Under the pieces are notes generated by a model, which did not search any database, had not been told where the DNA came from, and saw only the letters and a program-made list of their open reading frames with translations. From Bacteroidia bacterium (lineage in GTDB: Bacteria; Bacteroidota; Bacteroidia; UKL13-3), in contig JAUCCO010000003.1 of assembly GCA_034676125.1 (NCBI GenBank), positions 1-62,896 of the forward strand: a stretch of DNA of 62,896 nucleotides. The letters are read 5' to 3'. A program made the translations under genes and the position numbers. Of the stretch, positions 29,056 through 39,084 are shown one piece after another. The number at the start of each line of letters is the position of its first letter. Positions within the stretch are counted from its first letter, which is position 1.

Positions 29056-29063
29056 CAAAAGTA
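29056..29063 (-). promoter_or_regulatory. Bacteroidota sigma70 -7 element of the rpsF promoter
   Basis: TACTTTTG on the minus strand matches TAnnTTTG, about 30 nt upstream of the ATG. Confidence 0.6.
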
Positions 29064-29282
29064 TGACTATTTTAAATAATCACCAAACATTTATACAATC
29101 TTTCCTAAAAAAACACCTTCCCTTTTGTGGCTTATTGCAATTATACGCTTTAAATTTAAGGTAAAATCCAATAAACGCATTTTAAATAAAACAAATTGTA
29201 ATGTGTCCTAATTCTTAACATCATGTTGAAATTGATTTTATAAACCTTCAATTACGAACCATTAATTTGCAGTACAGTATAT

Positions 29283-30413
29283 ATGATAAATCTTATCAAC
29301 CCTATCTCTTGGACTTTACTAGCCGCATTATGCATTTCGGCATTGGTACTTCTATATTACTACTTTGTAATATTTGGTAAGTTTGCTTTCTATAAGCCCA
29401 AACCTATCCAAAGTCAACCTCTTGAGCCCGTTTCTATTATCATAGCAGCACGCAATGAAATTGATAACCTGCAAAAAAACTTGATGACCATTTTGGAGCA
29501 AGACTATCCAGATTTTGAAGTAATTGTAGTTAACGATTGTAGCTGGGATGGCAGCCAAGAGTGGTTAGAAGAATTAAAAAAGACTCAACCCAAGTTAAAA
29601 ATATCACAACTTATTGAGCAAGATAAATATCCAACGGGCAAAAAATTTGCATTAACCATTGGTATTAAAGCGGCAAAAAATAATCAACTGTTATTTACTG
29701 ATGCAGATTGCGAACCCGCAAGTAACCAGTGGTTACGCATCATGCAAAGCAACTTTAACAATAGCAAACAAATTATATTAGGCTTTTCGCCATATCGCAA
29801 ACGCAAAGGTTTTTTAAACCAATTTATTAGGTTTGAAACATTAATAACCGCGCAATTTTATTTTGCATTAGCCTTGCGTAACAATGCTTTTATGGGTGTA
29901 GGAAGAAACCTTGCATACACCAAAGAGTTGTTTTTTAAACACAAAGGATTTGCCTCACATCAACACATTTTATCTGGCGATGATGATTTATTTGTAAACA
30001 AAGCAGCCACTGCTAATAATGTAGCAATAGAAATTAGGCCAGAAACCTTTGTAAATACCGATGCCAAAACAACTTTCGAATCGTGGAGCAGACAAAAGGC
30101 GCGCCACATGACTACAGGAAAAAACTACAAGCTAAAACACAAAATAGCTTTAGGTGGCTACTACGCTGCTATATTCGCTTTTTACGCATTGGTTACCGCA
30201 GCTTTGGCTTATAACATATTTTCGTGGCCAATAGTAGTTGGTATTGTAGCCGTAAAATATATTTCACAAACTTTAGTATTTTATAAAAGTGGCAAAAAAC
30301 TTAAATCACAAAGTTTGGTTTTTAACTTACTAATATTATATATTACATATTTGTTTTACATGATAATATACGGTACCAAAGGTGTATTTACTAAAAACAA
30401 AAAACGCTGGTAA
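29283..30413 (+). CDS. Glycosyltransferase family 2, membrane-bound
   Basis: SIIIAARNE, VVNDCSWD, FTDADC, SGDDDL and QKARH, with flanking TM helices. Confidence 0.9.
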   Translation: MINLINPISWTLLAALCISALVLLYYYFVIFGKFAFYKPKPIQSQPLEPVSIIIAARNEIDNLQKNLMTILEQDYPDFEVIVVNDCSWDGSQEWLEELKKTQPKLKISQLIEQDKYPTGKKFALTIGIKAAKNNQLLFTDADCEPASNQWLRIMQSNFNNSKQIILGFSPYRKRKGFLNQFIRFETLITAQFYFALALRNNAFMGVGRNLAYTKELFFKHKGFASHQHILSGDDDLFVNKAATANNVAIEIRPETFVNTDAKTTFESWSRQKARHMTTGKNYKLKHKIALGGYYAAIFAFYALVTAALAYNIFSWPIVVGIVAVKYISQTLVFYKSGKKLKSQSLVFNLLILYITYLFYMIIYGTKGVFTKNKKRW

Positions 30414-30423
30414 CACTACATTT

Positions 30424-31065
30424 ATGATTGATATAATTTTAAAATATTTTCCTGAAATTACACCTTTACAACAACAACAATTTGCCGCTTTGTATAACTT
30501 ATATAAAGAGGCAAACGAAAAAGTAAATGTAATTTCGCGAAAAGATATTGACCAACTTTACGAAAGACACATTTTACACGCATTGGCCATTGCAAAATTT
30601 ACCACTTTTATACCACATACTAAAATTTTAGATTTAGGCACAGGTGGCGGATTTCCAGGTATTCCATTGGCCATTATGTTTCCTGAGGTAAACTTTACTT
30701 TATGTGATAGTATAAGTAAAAAAATTGTAGTTGCCGAAGGTATTGCCGAAGCATTAGATCTAAAAAATACCGATTTTGTAATTGGTAGAGTAGAAAATTT
30801 AAAAGAACAATTTGAGTTTATTGTAAGCCGCGCTGTTGCACCAATGGAGCAGCTTTACCGCTGGACCCAAAGTTATGTAGATGATACCAGCCGCAATAGT
30901 AAACTTAACGGTTACTTGCTTTTAAAGGGTGGAGATTTAAAAGAAGAAACCAAAGAAATTAAACGTATAAACCGCAAGCTTTTTGTTGATGAATTTGCTT
31001 TGAGTGATTGGTTTGATGAAGAGTTTTTTGAAACTAAAAAACTTATTTACATTTATAAATTTTAG
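30424..31065 (+). CDS. rsmG: 16S rRNA m7G527 methyltransferase
   Basis: NVISRKD...RHILHAL, LDLGTGGGFPGIPLAI, SRAVA and LKG. I prefer the ATG at 30424 over 30382, which overlaps the upstream gene. Confidence 0.95.
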   Translation: MIDIILKYFPEITPLQQQQFAALYNLYKEANEKVNVISRKDIDQLYERHILHALAIAKFTTFIPHTKILDLGTGGGFPGIPLAIMFPEVNFTLCDSISKKIVVAEGIAEALDLKNTDFVIGRVENLKEQFEFIVSRAVAPMEQLYRWTQSYVDDTSRNSKLNGYLLLKGGDLKEETKEIKRINRKLFVDEFALSDWFDEEFFETKKLIYIYKF

Positions 31066-31245
31066 TACTTAAACTTGTTTAAGCTGTCAATAAACGCTAG
31101 CTTTCCCTTTTTATTAATTTAAATCCCTAATTGCATTATTGCTAATTATTGGATAGTATAAATTATGTTTTTAGCTATGTGGCTATGTAAGTATGATATT
31201 TTTACCTAAACATAATTTAAAAACCCTTAAATCAGTATTATATAT

Positions 31246-32502
31246 ATGAAATTTATTGAGCATTTAATTGATGAGTTATTATTACAATCGGGCATAAGCG
31301 CGCCTTGGGCAGAATATATTAGGTTGGTTATTTTAGTTGGATTATTGATTATTATTTCTGGGGTAGCATTTTTAATTACCAAAAAATTAGTCATTAGTTT
31401 TATACATAAAATAGTAGAAAAAACTCCTTTTAAATGGGATGATTTATTAGCCAACCAGCAAGTATTTAATAACCTGGCTCATGTTGTTCCTGCATTAATT
31501 ATTAAAATGTTGGTACCAAGTATTTTTGCCGATTTTACACAAATGATTCCAGTAATTATTACACTAACTAATTGTTATTTAATAATTGTTGGACTAACCA
31601 TAATTATAGCATTTTTAAGGGTTACAGAACATGGTTTATCAACCCACGAAGCATTTAAAGACAAGCCATTAAATAGTTATTTCCAAGTTGTTAGAATTAT
31701 ACTTTACATCATTACTTTCATTTTAGTTTTATCCATCATTTTAGACAAATCGCCCATCTATTTTTTAAGTGCTTTTGGTGCTATGACAGCTATTTTATTA
31801 TTGGTATTTAAAGATACTATTTTAGGATTAGTTGCAAGTGTACAAATGTCGGCAAACGATATGGTAAGAGTTGGTGATTGGGTTGAAATGCCAAAGTTTA
31901 ATGCCGATGGAGATGTAATAGCCATAAACTTAAATATAGTAAAAATCCAAAATTGGGATAAAACCATTACCACCATTCCTACTTATTATTTTATAACCGA
32001 TAGTTTTAAAAACTGGCGTGGCATGACCCAAAGTGGTGGAAGAAGAATTAAACGTTCCATCTACATCGACTCAAATTCTATAAAATTTGTTGACCCAAAC
32101 ATGCGCGAATCATTTAAAAAATATCAACTTATTAATGAGTTTGTAGTAAACCGACATCAAGAAATAGAAACATACAACAACCAAAATAATATAGATACAA
32201 GTGTTTTAATTAATGGCCGCAGAATGACCAATTTTGGGGTGTTTAGGCACTATATTGAAAGCTACCTTAGAAATCATACCGAAATAAAACAAGATATGAC
32301 TATTATGGTGAGGCAACTAGCCACCGAAAACAAAGGTATTCCACTAGAAATATATTGTTTTACAAACAGTACCGCATGGTTAAAATACGAAACTACACAA
32401 TCAGATATTTTTGATCATTTATATGCCGCTGCTGCATTTTTCGAATTAGCTATTTTTCAAGAACCAAGTGGCAATGATTTTTCGAGGGTGATAAAAGGAT
32501 AG
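31246..32502 (+). CDS. MscS family mechanosensitive channel (YbdG/miniconductance type)
   Basis: GAMTAILLLVFKDTILGLVASVQ, VRVGDWVEM, QNWDKTITTIP and GGRRIKRS. Confidence 0.92.
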   Translation: MKFIEHLIDELLLQSGISAPWAEYIRLVILVGLLIIISGVAFLITKKLVISFIHKIVEKTPFKWDDLLANQQVFNNLAHVVPALIIKMLVPSIFADFTQMIPVIITLTNCYLIIVGLTIIIAFLRVTEHGLSTHEAFKDKPLNSYFQVVRIILYIITFILVLSIILDKSPIYFLSAFGAMTAILLLVFKDTILGLVASVQMSANDMVRVGDWVEMPKFNADGDVIAINLNIVKIQNWDKTITTIPTYYFITDSFKNWRGMTQSGGRRIKRSIYIDSNSIKFVDPNMRESFKKYQLINEFVVNRHQEIETYNNQNNIDTSVLINGRRMTNFGVFRHYIESYLRNHTEIKQDMTIMVRQLATENKGIPLEIYCFTNSTAWLKYETTQSDIFDHLYAAAAFFELAIFQEPSGNDFSRVIKG

Positions 32503-32620
32503 GTTTATTAGGAGCTATGGATAACAAACCGAATAGTTCTTATTAAATATTAACTGTTTCAACAAAAAACGTGTACAGTTTAGTTTGACCTATATAGCAT
32601 GTTATCGGTACTAAAAATAT

Positions 32621-32705
32621 GCAACTAACCAAAGTAGATAATAATTGTAAACTTTAATTTAAATACAAAGTATAATGACAATTATCTGCTTACTTGGTTA
32701 GTTGC
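32621..32705. repeat. attC-like 85-bp imperfect palindrome
   Basis: 12-bp perfect terminal inverted repeat GCAACTAACCAA/TTGGTTAGTTGC with ...AAC and GTT... cores, plus an inner stem AGTAGATAAT/ATTATCTGCT. Lies 19 bp past the lipoprotein stop codon. Confidence 0.55.
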
Positions 32706-32724
32706 GGCAAAATGCTAAATGTAT

Positions 32725-33339
32725 TTATTGAGGGAAGGTGACTGTTGATGTTTGGCCACATCCTACATTCACATTATACGTTTGGTCTGTTGGATATACC
32801 GCATAACCACTTAATTGCAATATTCTTATACTATATGCACCAGTTGGAACATAATAAGCCATTTCGTTTGTACCGCCATTCATTTCTACTGCTGCAGTTC
32901 CGTTAATATAAACTCTATATGGATTGCTTGATGTATTTACTAATTTTAAAGTACCTGTAGTTGAAAGTATTATGTTAAGTGAAGTTGTAACATTTGCAGT
33001 TAATGGTGAAACTGTAGTAACGGCACCACGAACATTGTTTTGACAATCTTTTTCAACAAGCCAAAAATAAGAAATATTTGATAAATCAGTAAAAGTTACT
33101 TTTCCTGATGCATCTGAAACCAAAGTGGTTCCAATTTGATTTGTGCCAGCATTCCAATCAGTTTGTGAAGAATATAACTTAACTGATGCTCCTGAAACTG
33201 AATTTCCTAAATTATCTTTTATTGATAATTCTAAACGTGTTGGTGCAGGCGCGGGAGTAGGTTTGGGATCGTCTTTCGAGCATGAATTAATAAAAAACAG
33301 TCCAATTGAGACTAATAGTAGAAATAATGTTTTTTTCAT
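32725..33339 (-). CDS. Lipoprotein with two predicted beta-sandwich domains
   Basis: Lipobox FINS-C. GNSVSGASVKLY...SDASGKVTF resembles a Cna-B/carboxypeptidase-regulatory-like domain. Confidence 0.75.
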   Translation of the reverse strand: MKKTLFLLLVSIGLFFINSCSKDDPKPTPAPAPTRLELSIKDNLGNSVSGASVKLYSSQTDWNAGTNQIGTTLVSDASGKVTFTDLSNISYFWLVEKDCQNNVRGAVTTVSPLTANVTTSLNIILSTTGTLKLVNTSSNPYRVYINGTAAVEMNGGTNEMAYYVPTGAYSIRILQLSGYAVYPTDQTYNVNVGCGQTSTVTFPQ

Positions 33340-33513
33340 TTTTATTTAAAATAATGGTTACAAGTCCCTACTCGTATGGCTTTTCGGTTTCCGCCCCGTT
33401 TTTTTTATTGGTAGCTAGTCTCCAATTTCATCTTTCAATAATACTCAAAATATTTACTGGTTTTTATTTTAGTACTATTATTTGTTGATAAAAATTAGTA
33501 TTGAGCTAAATTT

Positions 33514-34779
33514 TTATGCCATAATATCTTTTACTTCAATATTAAGTTTCGTAGTAATTTTCTTCTTTTCATTGTTTGAATAGTCGATATATTTCCAATA
33601 TTTGTTTTTAATAATATTTTTGAACGTTTCGCAAAAATGGTCAAACTCAATTTGGTCTAAAAATTCATTTTCTAGAGTTCCTGCAAATGGAATAATGAAA
33701 ATATGAACTTTGCATGTGAAATAAAATACTCCAACAGCAAAAGGAATACTTTTGTCATCACCTATCCGGATATATGTTTCAATTCTCGGTTGCTTTGAAA
33801 ATGAATGATATGAAATAATTTCACCTATTAAAGGTAACTTTCCGGCCTTCTTCTCTCCGTTTATCCAACTTATCGTTTCTTTAAAACCTGCTAGGTAACT
33901 TGAATCTATAACACTTAGAAAATATTTACATAAACACTTGTAAACATTTTGGAGAACAACGTAATCTTTTCCTTCAAGGCTTAAATTATAAGGCATCCCT
34001 TCTTCTGGCCTTTCCTTAATGTCATTAAACGCAAGTGTGAGGTTTTTTTCATTTTTCAATTCAAAATTTACACCTTTTAGCTTTTTACTTCCATCTTTAC
34101 CTTTTACATCAAAAAATGTTCTAAAAACCGATAGATAATGAATTAAGTCCGGCTCAATTGAATTGCTGAAGTATTCATTACATTTTTCACATTCCTCATT
34201 AAGATAAACAGTTTTATTACCTAATGCTTCTGAAATAGCATGAGCCTTACTTGCGTAACTTATAGGCTTTCGCTCATTATTGCAAAATCTACATATTCTT
34301 TTAGACTTATCACTTTCTCCAATATGAATTCGTTTATGCCCATATGTTGATAACTGATATTTAGTCAAAAGATTTTCATATAATTCAGATGTTTGCCTTT
34401 GAACCTCTTCAATGTCTAAACCTTCATTAAGAGCCTTTAAGTGGCTATAAATTTTTAAATTACATTTAAGATCAAGTTTTATATTCGGCAAAAAATAAAA
34501 GTACTCATCTTTCTTTAGTTTACGAAAAAACGCACTTACCATATTTATAGGCGGTATTTCAATCTCGTACTTTTCTACGAAATTATTTATTCTCAAAAAA
34601 GTATTATCGTTGTTTTGTTGGAATGGTTCTACTTTAATTGTTTTGTTTTCCAAACTAACTTCTGAAAAAAGTAAAAGCAGCTCAAAAACAATACTTTTTA
34701 ACAGCTCATAATTTTGAGATTTAATTTCAAACGATAATGTATCATTATGTGCGTAAAATACTATTGTATATTTAAACAT
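33514..34779 (-). CDS. HNH endonuclease domain protein (HNH_5-like) with an uncharacterised N-terminal domain
   Basis: CRFC...KAHAISEALGN...ECEKCNEYFS zinc-binding HNH signature. Confidence 0.8.
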   Translation of the reverse strand: MFKYTIVFYAHNDTLSFEIKSQNYELLKSIVFELLLLFSEVSLENKTIKVEPFQQNNDNTFLRINNFVEKYEIEIPPINMVSAFFRKLKKDEYFYFLPNIKLDLKCNLKIYSHLKALNEGLDIEEVQRQTSELYENLLTKYQLSTYGHKRIHIGESDKSKRICRFCNNERKPISYASKAHAISEALGNKTVYLNEECEKCNEYFSNSIEPDLIHYLSVFRTFFDVKGKDGSKKLKGVNFELKNEKNLTLAFNDIKERPEEGMPYNLSLEGKDYVVLQNVYKCLCKYFLSVIDSSYLAGFKETISWINGEKKAGKLPLIGEIISYHSFSKQPRIETYIRIGDDKSIPFAVGVFYFTCKVHIFIIPFAGTLENEFLDQIEFDHFCETFKNIIKNKYWKYIDYSNNEKKKITTKLNIEVKDIMA

Positions 34780-34934
34780 AATTCATATTTGTTATGATTA
34801 TTTTTTTGCGTTTCAATTTTTTCATAATTAAACTTTAACTCAATCCATTTTTAAGTTATTTAATCTCCATTCAATTAAACTCCCAAATTTTACAAACAAA
34901 TAAATTATCCAAAAGGAATTTACACATTCAATTC

Positions 34935-37316
34935 TTAAATTTTTAAGAACCCTAATTCATACACCATTGGTTGAAGTTTTTCGGTTAAGGTTTTGTAGGC
35001 TTCTTCAAATGGTTTAAAACTTACTGGTGCAAAATCTCCGCTAGCATTGCGGGCTTGCAGTGCTTTGCGTATTTGGTACCAACCTACATCTGCCCTATTT
35101 AATTTTAACTCATCTCTTATGCTTCGCACATCGGTTTGTGCAAAGTATGCTTGCCATAAAAGTTTACCTGCTTGTAAAACTTGGGTGGCTTCTTTTGATA
35201 GTTTTTTACCTTTTAAGTAGTTTACCATAAAATCACTTTCAAACCTTTCGGGTGCATTTACTTCGGCTTCGGTAAACGGAATAAAATGGTTAACAATGCT
35301 CCATTTTTTGCCGTTCCATTCTAAATCGTTTGCACTGGCAGTTAAATTACTTCCATTAAAAAGCATCCAAATTAAACAGTCGGTTTTAAATTCTTCTGTT
35401 AATGGTGCTGTAGGTTGTAAAAATTGGTCGCGGTCGTTTAGCCAGGTTTTCTTAGTAATTAGTCTAACAGTTAAAATTATTGCAACTTGCCATAGGTTTT
35501 CTTTGTTAACAAAAAATGCACCTGGACTACTATATCCAGATGAAAGTAATGCAGTTAAATTAGCATTTTGCATATCACTTGCGTGTGCATACAAACTTCC
35601 AACTGCACCATCTGACCAATAAGCACCACGAATATCTTTTGTTTTAGTTGCAGGCGAGATTGCATTCTTCAATGGTAAAGCTGACGTCTTATTTGCTTTT
35701 GGTCTATTAACCCATTTCGTTAATAGATTTTCATTTGGCAAGTTATAAAAACATTTTTCTCCAATTGCTCGGGCGTTTTTATCTAATACATCAGTAACAA
35801 TTTCTAAAATATCATTTTTCTTTTTAGTATTTTTATTTGTTTTCCAAATCAAAAAGCCAATTGGGAACTCTCCTTTCAATCCATCAAAGGATTTGCTATG
35901 AACAACAAATCCTCCTAAATATTCTGCATTCCAAACTCCTCTAAATTCATCAAAATTGGGGGATGTTACATATTTCAATTTACTAAATATAGCAACTGTT
36001 GCAGTTGGTATTTCTCTATAAATTCTAATTAAAAACTGTGCAAATAGTTCACGTCTTGCATATCCAAATTCATCCATATTAATAGACATTTTAGTTGTTG
36101 CAACACCTTCTTTATTTCCACTTTCAACTCCAGTTCCACTTTCCGCATAAGGCGGATTAATCAACACCAAAATCTTTTTACCACTTTTAATGGCATCACG
36201 TAAACCTTGCGGTATTTTATTGGTAAGTGTGTAATCTATTTTTCCATCATCAGTTATATCATCATTTAAATAATCGTACTGAAAGCGGGTAGCAGCTACA
36301 CAAGTTTTGGTGGCTTTCATTACATCTATATCTGCACTATCTAAAGTACTCATATAAATATTGCGTGGGTTGCTGTGTTTAATTTCTAAGTTGCCCACAC
36401 CGCAGCACATATCCCAAACAATGTATTCTTTTTGCCAATTTTTGCCCAAGGTTTCGGTCAGTTTATCATAGGCTTTATCAACCACGGCAAGTGGTGTATA
36501 AAACGCACCTTTAAAACTGCGTTCGTCTACGGGTATTAAACTGTCGCGTCTTTCTAATAAATAATCTCTGTACTCGGCCTTTGGTGGTTTGTGGTAAATG
36601 CTCCAAAATTGGCGGTATCCTTCTTTGCTGTTTAGTTCATAAATTTTTCCGGCCAATTGAAAAACAGGTGCATTATTTTTATGCAATAATGCTGCTGTTA
36701 AATTATCGTGGGTAGCCGTTGTGCCATCATGCATAATATCTGCAAAAAACAATAAAGCGTAATCATCTTCGGGCACTCCATTAATTTCTCGCCCTATCAT
36801 TTGCACCCATTTATCAAACACTTGTTTTAAGTTATCGGGTGTAATTTGGGTGCGTATAATATCTCCCTTTGCAATGGCATTTTTTATGGTTGAAATAAAT
36901 TCATCCTCGTGCGTTTCAATCCTAAAACTCACAAAGTGAGTACCAATATGTGCCGATATTGAATCTAAAGCTTCTTGTGTATAATTACTAGCAGACTTAC
37001 CCCATTTAATAGTTTTTTTTTCAAGAAAAGGAATAACATCACTGCTTTTCATGATGGCAGCTTTTTGGGTATCAATTACTGCTAAAAATGGTGGAACTTC
37101 ATCGCCTTTATTTAATGCTTGCTGCACATAATGCAAAAGCTGTGTAAACATGGCGTAGGTAGAAATTTTGCTATTGTCTTTTGCCTCAAACCATATTTCT
37201 TTGGTTTGTATATCTATTAAATTTTTAGAATAAGCTTTTAAGCCCAATGCCTTTATATAAGCATCTTTAACATCTTCTTCACTTTTGGCTTGTTGTAATT
37301 TTTGGTAAAGTGTCAT
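34935..37316 (-). CDS. Fused restriction endonuclease/N6-adenine methyltransferase (type IIG-like)
   Basis: N-terminal ID...WFEAK plus QLLHY (PD-(D/E)xK and QxxxY-like). MTase motifs: X GAFYTP, I WDMCCGVGNL, IV NPPY. Long C-terminal putative target-recognition region. Confidence 0.8.
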   Translation of the reverse strand: MTLYQKLQQAKSEEDVKDAYIKALGLKAYSKNLIDIQTKEIWFEAKDNSKISTYAMFTQLLHYVQQALNKGDEVPPFLAVIDTQKAAIMKSSDVIPFLEKKTIKWGKSASNYTQEALDSISAHIGTHFVSFRIETHEDEFISTIKNAIAKGDIIRTQITPDNLKQVFDKWVQMIGREINGVPEDDYALLFFADIMHDGTTATHDNLTAALLHKNNAPVFQLAGKIYELNSKEGYRQFWSIYHKPPKAEYRDYLLERRDSLIPVDERSFKGAFYTPLAVVDKAYDKLTETLGKNWQKEYIVWDMCCGVGNLEIKHSNPRNIYMSTLDSADIDVMKATKTCVAATRFQYDYLNDDITDDGKIDYTLTNKIPQGLRDAIKSGKKILVLINPPYAESGTGVESGNKEGVATTKMSINMDEFGYARRELFAQFLIRIYREIPTATVAIFSKLKYVTSPNFDEFRGVWNAEYLGGFVVHSKSFDGLKGEFPIGFLIWKTNKNTKKKNDILEIVTDVLDKNARAIGEKCFYNLPNENLLTKWVNRPKANKTSALPLKNAISPATKTKDIRGAYWSDGAVGSLYAHASDMQNANLTALLSSGYSSPGAFFVNKENLWQVAIILTVRLITKKTWLNDRDQFLQPTAPLTEEFKTDCLIWMLFNGSNLTASANDLEWNGKKWSIVNHFIPFTEAEVNAPERFESDFMVNYLKGKKLSKEATQVLQAGKLLWQAYFAQTDVRSIRDELKLNRADVGWYQIRKALQARNASGDFAPVSFKPFEEAYKTLTEKLQPMVYELGFLKI

Positions 37317-37496
37317 TGTTTATTCTTGCAACTATTTTGTTTAATAAGTTATACCAGTAAGTGTTTTTAAACACCACTTTTAAAAACTCAATAATAAGTT
37401 AATTGCGGGAATAATTGTAGTGCAATTTGTATATAGTTTAGCACATCAATAATTACAAATTAATAGGCGAGATATTGTTGAATAAGATTACATGCC

Positions 37497-37620
37497 ACCC
37501 CGCTGGGGTTAGGAACTATTCTATTGTATTTTTTTTTATAATAATGTCATCCTTTCGGGATTGTTATTTACATCAAACTAAAAACTTTCCGCTCTTTGCG
37601 CATCCTTAGCGAGCTTTGCG
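37497..37620. repeat. REP-like hairpin doublet followed by short tandem CTT(T/A)(G/C)CG repeats
   Basis: ACCCC-gct-GGGGT (37497-37509, identical to 27699-27711) and ATCCT-ttc-GGGAT (37549-37561). CTTTCCG, CTTTGCG, CTTAGCG and CTTTGCG at 37585, 37594, 37605 and 37614. Confidence 0.6.
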
Positions 37621-37642
37621 GTTAACTCCCCTCCTAACAATT

Positions 37643-37672
37643 AAAAAAAGCCACCCCAAATAGGAATGGCTT
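37643..37672 (-). terminator. Intrinsic terminator after tnaA
   Basis: Minus strand AGCCAUUCC-uauuu-GGGGUGGCU followed by a U tract. Confidence 0.7.
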
Positions 37673-37716
37673 ATCTAAATATATGGTTAACCCTAATTTA
37701 TCGTTTGTTGTATTAT

Positions 37717-39084
37717 TTACACGTAATCAAAACTTGCTGTAAAGTGCCTTAATTGCGCTGGTTGCCAAGTAATTTTCATTCCTTTTAAATCTTGTTTACG
37801 AGCATTAATATCGGTTAATGATTCTATCACATAATCAATATGACTTTGTGTATAAACCCTACGTGGAATAGCCAATCTAACCAAATCCATTGCCGATGCT
37901 TTTTCTGTTCCATCAGGCTGCAAACCAAACATCACTGTTCCAATTTCGCAAGCTCTAATTCCTCCATCTAAATACATTTCTACAGCCAAACTTTGCCCAG
38001 GATATTGTAAAGGATTAATGTGCGGCAACATAGCTCGTGCATCAATATAAATAGCGTGGCCACCTGCAGGGCGCACAATTGGAATACCTGCTTTTAATAA
38101 ATTATTACCTAAATATTGTGTACTGGTAATGCGATAATGCAAATAATCTTCGTCAACTACCTCTTCTAATCCCACTGCAATCGCTTCCAAATCTCTCCCA
38201 GCCAAGCCGCCATAAGTAGGAAAACCCTCAGTTAAAATTAACAAATTACGTGCACTTTGTGCCCATTCATCATTGTTTAGGGCTAACCATCCACCAATGT
38301 TTACCAAGGCATCTTTTTTTGCACTCATGGTACAACCATCTGCATATGAAAATATTTCCTTCACAATGTTTTCTACAGAAACTTGCTCGTAACCTTTTTC
38401 ACGTAATTTTATAAAGTATGCATTCTCGGCAAACCTACATGCATCAATAAAAAGCGGAATATTATACTTATCGCAAATTGCTCTTGTGCCTTTAATGTTT
38501 TCCATTGATACGGGTTGTCCGCCACCAGAATTATTGGTAATGGTAAGCATCACAACTGGAATATTTTCTACACCAACTTCGGTTATAAATTTCTCCAATT
38601 TATTCAAATCCATATTGCCTTTAAATGGATGTTCGAGTGCTGGATTTTTACCTTCTTCAATCACTAAATCAACCCCAACTGCGCCTGTAAATTCAATATT
38701 AGCACGGGTGGTATCAAAATGTGTATTGTTAGGAATATATTTTCCTTTGCCACCAATTATCGAAAACAAAATCTTTTCGGCTGCCCTACCTTGATGCGTG
38801 GGGATAATATGGTTAAATGGCATTAAATGATGAACTGCATTTTTAAATCGGTAATACGAAGGACTTCCAGCATACGATTCGTCACCTTGCATAATAGCTG
38901 CCCATTGTTTGGCACTCATGCTACTTGTACCCGAGTCGGTTAGTAAATCAATGATCACATGCTCAGAATCAAGCTTAAATAAGTTATAATTTGCTTCTTT
39001 AATATAGGTTTCGCGTTGGCTGCGGTTGGTCATTTTTATTGGCTCTACCGACTTAATTTTAAATGGTTCAATAATAGTTCTCAT
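37717..39084 (-). CDS. tnaA: Tryptophanase (tryptophan indole-lyase)
   Basis: DLLTDSGT, HQGRAAE and the PLP lysine in SAKKD. HFDTTR (Asp) and LRHFTA (His) are tryptophanase-type rather than tyrosine phenol-lyase-type (Thr, Phe). Confidence 0.9.
   Translation of the reverse strand: MRTIIEPFKIKSVEPIKMTNRSQRETYIKEANYNLFKLDSEHVIIDLLTDSGTSSMSAKQWAAIMQGDESYAGSPSYYRFKNAVHHLMPFNHIIPTHQGRAAEKILFSIIGGKGKYIPNNTHFDTTRANIEFTGAVGVDLVIEEGKNPALEHPFKGNMDLNKLEKFITEVGVENIPVVMLTITNNSGGGQPVSMENIKGTRAICDKYNIPLFIDACRFAENAYFIKLREKGYEQVSVENIVKEIFSYADGCTMSAKKDALVNIGGWLALNNDEWAQSARNLLILTEGFPTYGGLAGRDLEAIAVGLEEVVDEDYLHYRITSTQYLGNNLLKAGIPIVRPAGGHAIYIDARAMLPHINPLQYPGQSLAVEMYLDGGIRACEIGTVMFGLQPDGTEKASAMDLVRLAIPRRVYTQSHIDYVIESLTDINARKQDLKGMKITWQPAQLRHFTASFDYV

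Noticed and set aside
33400-33513. Second attC site between the HNH and lipoprotein genes
   Set aside because: Only weak AT-rich complementarity and no AAC/GTT core pair.
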